Assembly: GCA_044229145.1 (NCBI GenBank)
Contig: JBGATO010000084.1
Coordinates: 1 to 14,595 of the forward strand
DNA: 14,595 nt
Direction: 5' to 3'
Source of the DNA: Candidatus Eiseniibacteriota bacterium
GTDB lineage: Bacteria > Eisenbacteria > RBG-16-71-46 > CAZEPH01
Positions within the stretch are counted from its first letter, which is position 1; every line of letters starts with the position of its first letter. Positions 8,501 through 14,595 of the stretch are shown piece after piece. The notes beneath the pieces are model-generated. The model saw only the letters and a program-made list of their open reading frames with translations. It searched no databases and had not been told where the DNA came from. Both the position numbers and the translations under genes were made by a program.

Positions 8501-8720
8501 CTTCAACCTGACGTATCCGGTGCAACTGCTCGGCGACCTCTCGCGCACCGTCGGTCCGCCGTCGTGGCTCTACGACAAGTCGCAGACGCGCGTCGGCGTG
8601 CGCGCGACCTACCGCACGCTCGACCAGTTCTCGCCGCGCTTCGTGCCGGACGGCAACGCCGCGACGAGCCCGCACGGCCGCGAGTGGGAGATCCGGACGT
8701 ATTTGGAACTCGGGGTGTAG
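5592..8720 (+). CDS. Secreted 1042-aa protein: clan GH-A (GH2-like TIM-barrel) glycoside hydrolase domain fused to a probable outer-membrane beta-barrel domain
   Basis: GTG 5592 overlaps the GH1 stop (GTGA) and has a GAGGAG RBS at 5580-5585. Signal peptide ...VLAVVASIASA|. LVVNGTPFFVRGMNW, WLLGNENN (acid/base Glu, codon 6132-6134), LFTEFG (nucleophile Glu, 6432-6434), GGFVFQWSDGWWK. Ala-rich linker ~6880-6925, then a domain with alternating strands ending EWEIRTYLELGV. Gene is certain; barrel call is inference. Confidence 0.85.
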   Translation: MNAIRRAVRRSARIVSCVAVVLAVVASIASAAPQPEIRVANAADGNALVVNGTPFFVRGMNWDYTPIGQNYAYSLWQQPDDVIVAALGREMPLLKAMGCNVTRQYVGIPPRWVQYIYETYGIFTVINHPMGRYGFTVGGVWHPVVDYSDPVMRKAISDDVLAMVDQFRGVPGVLFWLLGNENNYGLAWQSNQIQALPKGERDAARARFLYTLFGETITAIKQHDPARPVAMANGDLQYIDIIAQECKGLDIFGSNVYRGISAGDFFQVVHDKLGVPTLFTEFGCDAWNERDMREDQAMQAHYLLGQWQEIFEQSRGKGRVGNAIGGFVFQWSDGWWKYLQESRLDVHDTNASWPNGGYREDFVQGQNNMNEEWWGICAKGEPDARGLFDLYPRAAYYALRRAWALPAYAATTDLAAIRAHFGDIEPAAMALEARGAQAPQAAAVADRIKVSALRAQIVTYNTGGTRLSTPNASTPAASSPAYRGFDRLESFYADITANPAPTVSGTMSLNVLGNVPRNPIDEIFYENRGRVRTVYTTGGSYQLQGIERVKVYKAHIAWDDRLFALDGFYRSGHYHWGYEGDFFGLYREANYGANIDIYNGDAPLGVEIAGKRAFNGLKVAYGPQLWWGANPSIMAKYRRQVGRFDVAAVHQSDITRQSSVNSSSAVPLPPTRKTTLALATSRGPLKIEAGGIWAGQSKVGDYFQVAEKTASGYRILRDSVRTSDAFGGKVKLTLESGRFRWYASAASMGVVADAGPTAVMTFTGWYLKDSGSGNQRNVLSGFTLNSGNWQVGPNFLWQKPIVGPMPGDVPSPGRPRNVLDDPFAVRGNREQTAGEVLITYDPTPASFFYQWDNDFREDAKLAASVGFLVRHYPTTMDASIGILADGVTTFAFAGATPPRDVWESNVRVVSRLSPASRLVGHAFYGTGEPNGNDKRLIHRYGADARLAVGSTVFACAAKANDWGPYDYHRDFNLTYPVQLLGDLSRTVGPPSWLYDKSQTRVGVRATYRTLDQFSPRFVPDGNAATSPHGREWEIRTYLELGV

Positions 8721-8739
8721 CGCAACTCGCCATCGCGAG

Positions 8740-8793
8740 GACGAACGTCCCGCCGGTTCGCGGAGGTGTCCCGACCGGCGGGACGTTTGCGTC
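8740..8793. terminator. Probable bidirectional terminator hairpin between convergent blocks
   Basis: Perfect 14-bp inverted repeat AACGTCCCGCCGGT (8744-8757) / ACCGGCGGGACGTT (8774-8787), extendable by GACG/CGTC, between the stops at 8720 (+) and 8830 (-). U-tracts are short. Confidence 0.7.
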
Positions 8794-8829
8794 TGGGGGG
8801 CGAAGAGATTGGGAGAGGGCGCGGCGCGG

Positions 8830-9891
8830 CTAACCGGCCCGCCAGCACGACGCCGCGTGCGCGGCGCCCACTTCGCGCAACACCGGCGCCTCGCGCCGGC
8901 ACCGCTCCTCCGCCACCGCGCAGCGCTCCGCGAACCGGCACCCGCGTGGTGGCGACGCCAAACTCGGCGGCACGCCCGGAATGCTCTCGAGCGTCGCCGC
9001 GTCGCCGTGCACCGTCGGGAAGGCGCGCAGCAATCCTTGCGTGTATGGATGCCGCGGCGCGCTGCCCATCGTCGCCGACGGGCCGACCTCCACGAGTTGC
9101 GCGGCGTAAAACACTGCGACGCGATCGCTGAACTGCAACATGCGGGCGAGGTCGTGGGTGATGAACAACACGGCGAAGCCGAGGCGCTCTTGCAGCGTGC
9201 GGATCTGCGCCAGGATGTCGCGTTCGACGATGACGTCGAGCGCGGTGGTCGGTTCGTCGAGGATGACGAGCGACGGTTCGAGCGCGAGCGCGAGCGCGAT
9301 GCCGACGCGTTGCCGCATGCCGCCGGAGAGCTGGTGCGCGTACGCGTCGAGCACGTGCGGCTGGATGCCGACCATCGCCAGCAACTCGCGGGCGCGCGCT
9401 TTGACGTCGCCGGACGCGGCGAGCGGATGCGACTCGACGGAATCGGCCATCTGCTCGCCGACCGTCATCGACGGATTGAGCACCTCGCGCGGCGCATGGG
9501 CCAGCGACAAGTCCGGATCGCGCACCGGCCGCGCGCGCATCGTGTCGATCAGCTGCTCGCCGATGGTGAGCACCGGATTGAGCGCGTCCATCGCGCTCTG
9601 GAACACCATCGACATGCGCGCCCAGCGCATCTCGCGCAACGCGGATTCGTCGAGCGCCAAAAGGTCGCGCCCTTCGAACAGCACTTCGCCGCCGGTGATG
9701 ACGGCGGGCGGCGGCAGGATGCGCATCAGCGCTTGCGCGAGCGTCGACTTGCCGCAGCCGGATTCGCCGGCGATGCCGACGATCTCGCCGCGCCGCACGT
9801 CGAGCGACACGCGGTCCACCGCGCGCACCGGGCCGCGATCGGTGATGTAGTCGACGCAGAGGTCGCGGATCGAGAGCAACACGTCAGACAT
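8830..9891 (-). CDS. ABC transporter ATP-binding subunit (OppD/DppD-like, 353 aa) with a 34-aa internal duplication
   Basis: ATG 9891 with GGAGGT RBS, overlapping the permease stop. GESGCGKS, VFQSAMDALNP, LSGGMRQRV, ILDEPTTALD, ITHD, HPYT...GCRFAERC...C...CW. Confidence 0.93.
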   Translation of the reverse strand: MSDVLLSIRDLCVDYITDRGPVRAVDRVSLDVRRGEIVGIAGESGCGKSTLAQALMRILPPPAVITGGEVLFEGRDLLALDESALREMRWARMSMVFQSAMDALNPVLTIGEQLIDTMRARPVRDPDLSLAHAPREVLNPSMTVGEQMADSVESHPLAASGDVKARARELLAMVGIQPHVLDAYAHQLSGGMRQRVGIALALALEPSLVILDEPTTALDVIVERDILAQIRTLQERLGFAVLFITHDLARMLQFSDRVAVFYAAQLVEVGPSATMGSAPRHPYTQGLLRAFPTVHGDAATLESIPGVPPSLASPPRGCRFAERCAVAEERCRREAPVLREVGAAHAASCWRAG

Positions 9892-10822
9892 CGCGACCTC
9901 CGCGCACCACCGGCGTCGAGCGCGTCGCCGCGGCACCGCGCCGCGTCAGCCAGGCGCGCCACGCGCGTTCGCGCTGCAACTGCGGATTGCCGATTTCGTC
10001 GAAACCGGAGTTGAGCAGCGTCAGCGCGAAGCCGACCAGCGCGACGCACAATCCGGTCGGCGCGAACGTCCACCACGCGCCGGTGAGCAGCGCCGCGTCG
10101 TTCTGCGCCCAATAGAGATTCGTGCCCCACGTCACGCGCGCGAGATCGCCGAGGCCGAGGAACTCGAGGCCGACCTGCGCGCCGATCGCGTACGTCGTCG
10201 ACCCGATGATCTGTGCGACCAGCAACGACGTCATGGTCGGCAAGATCTCGCGCGTGATGATGCGCCAATGCGATTCCCCGGTGACGATCGCCGCGGCGAC
10301 GAAATCGCGCCGCCGCACCGCGAGTGCTTGCGCCCGGAGAACGCGCGCGTTCCACGCCCAGCCAGTGACGATCAACACGAGCGCGACGGTGAGCGGTCCA
10401 CTCGGCAAATACGCGGCGATGATGATCGCCAACGGCAATCCGGGAATCACCAGGAAGACGTTGAACAGCAGCGAGAGCACGCCGTCGATACGGCCGCCGA
10501 AGTAGCCCGCAGTGATCCCGACCAGCGCGCCGATCATCACCACGGCGATGCCGACCGCGAAACCGATCGCCAGCGACACGCGGGTGCCCGCGACCAGCTG
10601 CGCGAGCACGTCCTGTCCTTGCCCGGTCGTCCCGAGCCAGTGCGCACCCGACGGCGGCTGCAGCGGAATGCCGACGAGCGCCTGCGGATCACCGGCGACG
10701 AGCGGTCCGATCACCGCGAGCAATGCGAATACGCCCAGCATCGCCGCACCCGCGGTCGCCTTGCGATCGCGGCGGATGGCATGCGCCCACTGCGCCCAGG
10801 CGCCTCCGCGCGGCGCGCTCAC
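9884..10822 (-). CDS. ABC transporter permease (OppC/DppC-like, 312 aa)
   Basis: GTG 10822 overlaps the upstream TGA (GTGA), GGGAG RBS. PPSGAHWLGTTGQGQDV, GYFGGRID, EAA-like loop RRDFVAAAIVTGES, FLGLG...TWG, multiple hydrophobic segments. Confidence 0.92.
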   Translation of the reverse strand: MSAPRGGAWAQWAHAIRRDRKATAGAAMLGVFALLAVIGPLVAGDPQALVGIPLQPPSGAHWLGTTGQGQDVLAQLVAGTRVSLAIGFAVGIAVVMIGALVGITAGYFGGRIDGVLSLLFNVFLVIPGLPLAIIIAAYLPSGPLTVALVLIVTGWAWNARVLRAQALAVRRRDFVAAAIVTGESHWRIITREILPTMTSLLVAQIIGSTTYAIGAQVGLEFLGLGDLARVTWGTNLYWAQNDAALLTGAWWTFAPTGLCVALVGFALTLLNSGFDEIGNPQLQRERAWRAWLTRRGAAATRSTPVVRGGRDV

Positions 10823-11802
10823 GTCGCCGACTCCCGGATGCGCGGATCGAGCAGCAAGTACACGACGTCCACCAGGAAGTTGGCGCCGAGCACCGCGAGC
10901 GTGATCACCAGGAAGATGCCCTGCATCAGCGGATAGTCCTGATTGTGCACCGCCTGCACCAAGAGATAGCCCTGACCGGGATACGAGAACACGATCTCGG
11001 TGAGCAGCGACCCGCCGAGCACGTAGCCGAGCGCCATACCGAAGCCGGTGACGCTCGGCAGCAGTGCGTTGCGCGCCGCATAGCGCAGCGCAACGCGTGC
11101 CGGCGACAGTCCCTTTGCCCGCGCCAAGTTCACGTAATCGGAGCCGAGCACCGCGATCATCGTGTTGCGCATCGAGAGCAGCCAGCCGCCGAGCGTCGCC
11201 AGCACCATCGTGCCCACCGGCAGCGCCGCGTGCTGCGCGACATCGGCCATGAACCTGAACGACCACGCCGGCGTCATGTCGTCGCCGTACGCATGGCCGA
11301 GCGGGAACCAGCCGAGCGTGAACCCGAGCACGTACAGCGCCACCATCGCCAGCCAGAAGTAGGGGAATGCGCCGAGGAACACCAGCGTCGACGGCAGCCA
11401 TGTGTCGACCCACCCGCGCCGCCACCACGCGGCGATCAAGCCGAGCGCGGTGCCGATGACGAAACTCACCAGCACCGCGGTGCCGGCGAGGAACACCGTC
11501 CAGGCGAGGCCGGTCCCGATCACCTGCGACACGCTGGCGGGGAAGTACGAGATTGAGATGCCGAAGTCGCCGCGGATCACATGCGCGAGATATGTAACGT
11601 ATTGTTGCAACAGCGGCGCTTGCGTGAGACCAAACGTTTCACGCAGCGCCTGCAACGCCTCCGGCCCGAGCTTGCCGCGGAAGCGCGCGAACAACGCGGT
11701 CGCCGGATCGCCCGGCATGAGACGCGGCAGGAAGAAATTGAGCGTCAGCGCGACCCACGCCGCCAACACGTAGAAGCCGAATCGCCGCAGCAGGAAGCGC
11801 AT
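10819..11802 (-). CDS. ABC transporter permease (OppB/DppB-like, 327 aa)
   Basis: AGGAGA RBS; LPRLMPGDPA, GDFGIS, EAA loop DYVNLARAKGL, EIVFSYPGQG, DYPLMQG, LDPRIR. Confidence 0.94.
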   Translation of the reverse strand: MRFLLRRFGFYVLAAWVALTLNFFLPRLMPGDPATALFARFRGKLGPEALQALRETFGLTQAPLLQQYVTYLAHVIRGDFGISISYFPASVSQVIGTGLAWTVFLAGTAVLVSFVIGTALGLIAAWWRRGWVDTWLPSTLVFLGAFPYFWLAMVALYVLGFTLGWFPLGHAYGDDMTPAWSFRFMADVAQHAALPVGTMVLATLGGWLLSMRNTMIAVLGSDYVNLARAKGLSPARVALRYAARNALLPSVTGFGMALGYVLGGSLLTEIVFSYPGQGYLLVQAVHNQDYPLMQGIFLVITLAVLGANFLVDVVYLLLDPRIRESAT

Positions 11803-11814
11803 CGTCGGAGTCTC

Positions 11815-13497
11815 CTAGCGCGGCTCGAGGGTGGTGAGCACGAGCAGCACCTCGCCGCGATCCATCTTGTTGGGCGATGGATCGGCGTATGGCTGCGTGC
11901 GTGACGGGAAACCGGCGAAGCGGCCGGAGTTGTACTCCGCCCACGACGGGTTCGGATAGAGCGGAATCGCGGGTGCTTCGTCGACGAACAACTGTTGCAT
12001 GCGCGCGGCGAGCGCCTGTTGCTGGGCCGGCGCGGTCGCGCGCTCGAACGCGGTGAGGACGCTGTCTGCGGCCGGCGTGCCGTAGCGGTGCCAGTTCCCC
12101 ATCGAGGCTTCGCCGACCGGCTTCACGGTGGCCGATGACATCAACCAGCGGTAGAACGCGTACGGCGTCGGACCCTCGAACGACCATCCGAGCGAGAGGT
12201 CGAAGTCGCCTTCCTGCACCTTTTGGAACCACGCGGCGAAGTCGTAGGTGCGCACCGTTGCCTGCACACCGGCCGCCTGCAGGCCGCGCGCGATGACCTG
12301 CGCGGCACGAATCCAGTCGGACCACCCGCTCACGCACAGGATCTCGTAGCGCAGAGGCGCGCCATCGCGGCCGCGCCGCACGCCGTCGGCACCGCGCGTG
12401 TAGCCGGCCGTGTCGAGCAGCTTCGCCGCGGCGGTCGGGTCGTACTGCACCCAACTCCCCGCGCGGATCGCCGACGAGTCACGCCACGCGGTGTACGCGT
12501 CGCTCAAGCCGGTGGCATCCGCCGGACGCGAGTAGCGATAGAGCGCCACGTCCACGAGCAGCGCGCGGTCGATCGCCATGCTCAGCGCCTTGCGCACCTG
12601 CACGTCGTCGAATGGCCGGCGCGTCGTGTTGGCGTAGAGGAAGATCGTCGAGCCGGTGAGCGGGAACCAGTAACCGTGCGCCTGCGGGGCGCGCCCAACG
12701 AACACACGGTCGATCGCCGGCACGAAATTACCGGCCCAATCCACTTCGTCGAACACCAGCGCCAAGTTCGCGCGATCGTTCGACGGGAAGGCGGGGCAGC
12801 GGATCGCTTCGACCTTCGGCTTGCCCTTCTGCCAGTAATGCGGATTGCGCCCGAGTTCGAATACTTGATTGCGGAACATGCGCACTTCGGTGAAGGGCCC
12901 GGTGGCCACCGGCGTCTCGTTCGCGAAGGCGACTGGATCCTTCACCGCCGCCCACACGTGCTCCGGCACGATCTGTTGCGCGGCGATCTCGTCGAATCCG
13001 GGAACGAACACGCGCTTGAATCGGATGTTGACGGTGCGCCCGTCCAGCGTCTCCACCGCCGACACGAAGCCCCAAATGCCGCGGCGGTCGAGCGCGGGGA
13101 AGCGCTTCAACAGATTGAGCGTGAAGGCGACGTCGCGGGCGCTGAACGGCCGGCCGTCCGACCACTGCACGCCGTCGCGCGTGGTGAGCCGCAACGTGAG
13201 TCCGCCGTCGCGCCACTCCTTCGCCACCGCCAGCCACGGGACATACTCCGAACGCACGCTGTTGAACACGAAGAGCGGTTCGTAGACGCCGGCGAGCGTC
13301 GGCCAGCGCGCGGCGGTTGCGGTGGTGAGCGGGTTGAAGTTGCGCACCCACGACGCTTGCTGCTCCTGCGACACCACGAGCACGCCGTGCGGCAGTGTGA
13401 CCTTTTGCCGGCCGCATCCGACGACCGCCAACAATGCGACGCAGCCCGCGACGGCAGACACGACCGCGCGGCGCGCTGACCGCCAACAATGCCGCAT
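11815..13497 (-). CDS. ABC substrate-binding lipoprotein, family 5 (Opp/Dpp fold), probably oligosaccharide-binding
   Basis: Lipobox LLAVVG|C; RNFNP, PWLA, VQWSDGRPFSARDVAFT, ATGPF, PFDDVQVRKALSMAIDR, SGWSDW. Context of glucanases implies a sugar ligand. Exact start uncertain (no clear RBS). Confidence 0.9.
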   Translation of the reverse strand: MRHCWRSARRAVVSAVAGCVALLAVVGCGRQKVTLPHGVLVVSQEQQASWVRNFNPLTTATAARWPTLAGVYEPLFVFNSVRSEYVPWLAVAKEWRDGGLTLRLTTRDGVQWSDGRPFSARDVAFTLNLLKRFPALDRRGIWGFVSAVETLDGRTVNIRFKRVFVPGFDEIAAQQIVPEHVWAAVKDPVAFANETPVATGPFTEVRMFRNQVFELGRNPHYWQKGKPKVEAIRCPAFPSNDRANLALVFDEVDWAGNFVPAIDRVFVGRAPQAHGYWFPLTGSTIFLYANTTRRPFDDVQVRKALSMAIDRALLVDVALYRYSRPADATGLSDAYTAWRDSSAIRAGSWVQYDPTAAAKLLDTAGYTRGADGVRRGRDGAPLRYEILCVSGWSDWIRAAQVIARGLQAAGVQATVRTYDFAAWFQKVQEGDFDLSLGWSFEGPTPYAFYRWLMSSATVKPVGEASMGNWHRYGTPAADSVLTAFERATAPAQQQALAARMQQLFVDEAPAIPLYPNPSWAEYNSGRFAGFPSRTQPYADPSPNKMDRGEVLLVLTTLEPR

Positions 13498-13558
13498 CCG
13501 GCGACCGCGAGACGATACATCCCGCGACGGCGGCGACGACCGCGGCGCGTCGTGCGCA

Positions 13559-14398
13559 TTACTCGCTCTGGCTCGTCGCCTGCGCGTCGCGCAGCGCGTA
13601 GGCCCGCACGTAGTCCACCGTCATCGTCTGCGGGAACGTCGTGCTCGCATTCGGCGAGCCGACGTAGTTGCCGCCCACCGCGACGTTCAGGATGACGAAG
13701 AACGGATGGTCGAAGACCCAGCGCGACGACGGCGGCACATCGTCGCGCGTGAACTGCTGATAGGCTTGGCCGTCGACCAGCCACGTGATGCGTCCGGCCG
13801 ACCACTCGATCGCGTAGACGTGGAAGCCGTCGTCGAAGCGTCCGGTGTGCGCGGTAAACGATCCGGTGAGCGCGTTGCCGCCGCTGTAGCCCGGGCCGTG
13901 CAGCGAGCCGGTCACCACGGTCGGGAGCTGGCCGCGATATTCCATGATGTCGATCTCGCCGCACGCCGGCCAGTTCACCGTGCCGATGTCGCTGCCGAGC
14001 ATCCAGAACGCCGGCCACAACCCTTGGCCACTCGGCAGCTGGATGCGCGCCTCGATGCGGCCTTCGTTCTGCGCGAACGAGCCGCGCGTGGTGATCCGCC
14101 CCGACGTGTATTGCCGTCCGAGATACGCTTCCTTGCGCGCGACGATCTGCAAGTTGCCGGTGCCATCGAGCATCACATTCTGCGCGCGCGCCGTGTCGTA
14201 CTCGAGTTGCTGGTTGCCCCAATCGGTGCCGACGTCGAAGTGCCACGTCGCGCCGTCCGGCAAGGCGCCCGGCGCGCCGTCGAACTCGTCGGACCACACC
14301 AGCGTGTACGCCGGCGCCGCGGTGGGAAGCGTGCGCGTGCACGCCGCCGCGGTGAGCGTGAGCACCGCCAGGGCGCCGAGCGCCACGAGTGTTTTCAT
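13559..14398 (-). CDS. GH16 endo-beta-1,3-glucanase (laminarinase-like) lipoprotein (279 aa)
   Basis: ATG 14398 overlaps the ROK stop (ATGA), GGAGG RBS; lipobox LTAAA|C; LVWSDEFDG, YTSGRI, GLWPAFWMLG, WPACGEIDIMEY (beta-bulge ExDxxE at 13940-13957), FHVYAIEW, LNVAVGG, VDYVR. Confidence 0.94.
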   Translation of the reverse strand: MKTLVALGALAVLTLTAAACTRTLPTAAPAYTLVWSDEFDGAPGALPDGATWHFDVGTDWGNQQLEYDTARAQNVMLDGTGNLQIVARKEAYLGRQYTSGRITTRGSFAQNEGRIEARIQLPSGQGLWPAFWMLGSDIGTVNWPACGEIDIMEYRGQLPTVVTGSLHGPGYSGGNALTGSFTAHTGRFDDGFHVYAIEWSAGRITWLVDGQAYQQFTRDDVPPSSRWVFDHPFFVILNVAVGGNYVGSPNASTTFPQTMTVDYVRAYALRDAQATSQSE

Positions 14399-14595
14399 CG
14401 CCGAGATCCTCCCGCGCGCTGCGCGACCATCGGGAACAACGTCGAGTCCGCGAGTGCCGCCTCGAGCACCATCGTCGCGGCGCCGACGGCGGTGGCCTGC
14501 GTGCCGAGTTGGCTCGTCTTCACCTCGCACGCCACCAGCGAGCTGATGAGCGTGCGTGGCGTGATGGTGTCGCGCAGCGGCTGCAGCAGCACGTG
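14395..14595 (-). CDS. C-terminal fragment of a ROK-family protein (probable transcriptional repressor); 5'-truncated by window edge
   Basis: ...LLQPLRDTI...VKTSQLGTQATAVGAATMVL matches the ROK C-terminal SxLGxxAxxxGAA pattern; translationally coupled to the GH16 gene. The HTH is outside the window, so a sugar kinase cannot be excluded. Confidence 0.7.
   Translation of the reverse strand, partial: HVLLQPLRDTITPRTLISSLVACEVKTSQLGTQATAVGAATMVLEAALADSTLFPMVAQRAGGSRR

Noticed and set aside
5490..8675. Very long alternative ORFs (1061 aa minus strand; 944 aa at 5639-8473 plus strand)
   Set aside because: Shadow frames of the real GH/barrel gene. Arg/Ala/Val-rich low-information translations typical of high-GC codon bias, with no motifs.
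3022..8830. Active phase-variable inversion of the middle block
   Set aside because: No recombinase in the window and only a 7-bp ACGTCCC match between the two borders, too short to support recombination sites.
10823..11428. N-terminal extension of the 514-aa permease ORF
   Set aside because: Overlaps the OppB-like gene in another frame; coupled GTG 10822 gives a normal-sized OppC-like protein.
8830..13497. Annotation as a peptide or nickel transporter
   Set aside because: The fold family is Opp/Dpp, but coupling to GH16, GH1 and ROK genes favours oligosaccharide cargo; opp/dpp gene symbols were therefore withheld.
1..14595. CRISPR arrays, tRNA/rRNA, IS elements, known riboswitches
   Set aside because: No spaced direct repeats, RNA-gene signatures or transposase motifs seen; intergenic gaps are all under ~160 bp and the 3022-3180 leader matched no riboswitch consensus I recognise.

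Overview
GC-rich bacterial window almost fully occupied by one beta-glucan (probably laminarin/beta-1,3-glucan) utilisation locus in three blocks. Right block (minus strand): 3' end of a ROK-family regulator, a GH16 laminarinase-like lipoprotein, and an Opp/Dpp-type ABC importer (binding lipoprotein, two permeases, one ATPase). Middle block (plus strand, convergent on a shared hairpin): the second ABC ATPase, a cytoplasmic GH1 beta-glucosidase, and a 1042-aa secreted protein whose clan GH-A (GH2-like TIM-barrel) domain is fused to a ~600-aa aromatic-rich domain with outer-membrane beta-barrel character. Left block (minus strand, divergent): two secreted proteins with FlgD-Ig/T9SS-like C-terminal tails; one is a tandem CBM-like protein with no visible catalytic domain, the other a CBM-like + atypical GH16 (EIDVE) protein that runs off the window and is missing from the ORF track. 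A 27-bp ROK-type operator palindrome overlaps the promoter of the middle block. The best candidate for a new system is the hydrolase/beta-barrel fusion acting as an outer-membrane glycan entry route feeding an ABC importer. All family calls are from motif recognition by eye; no searches were run.
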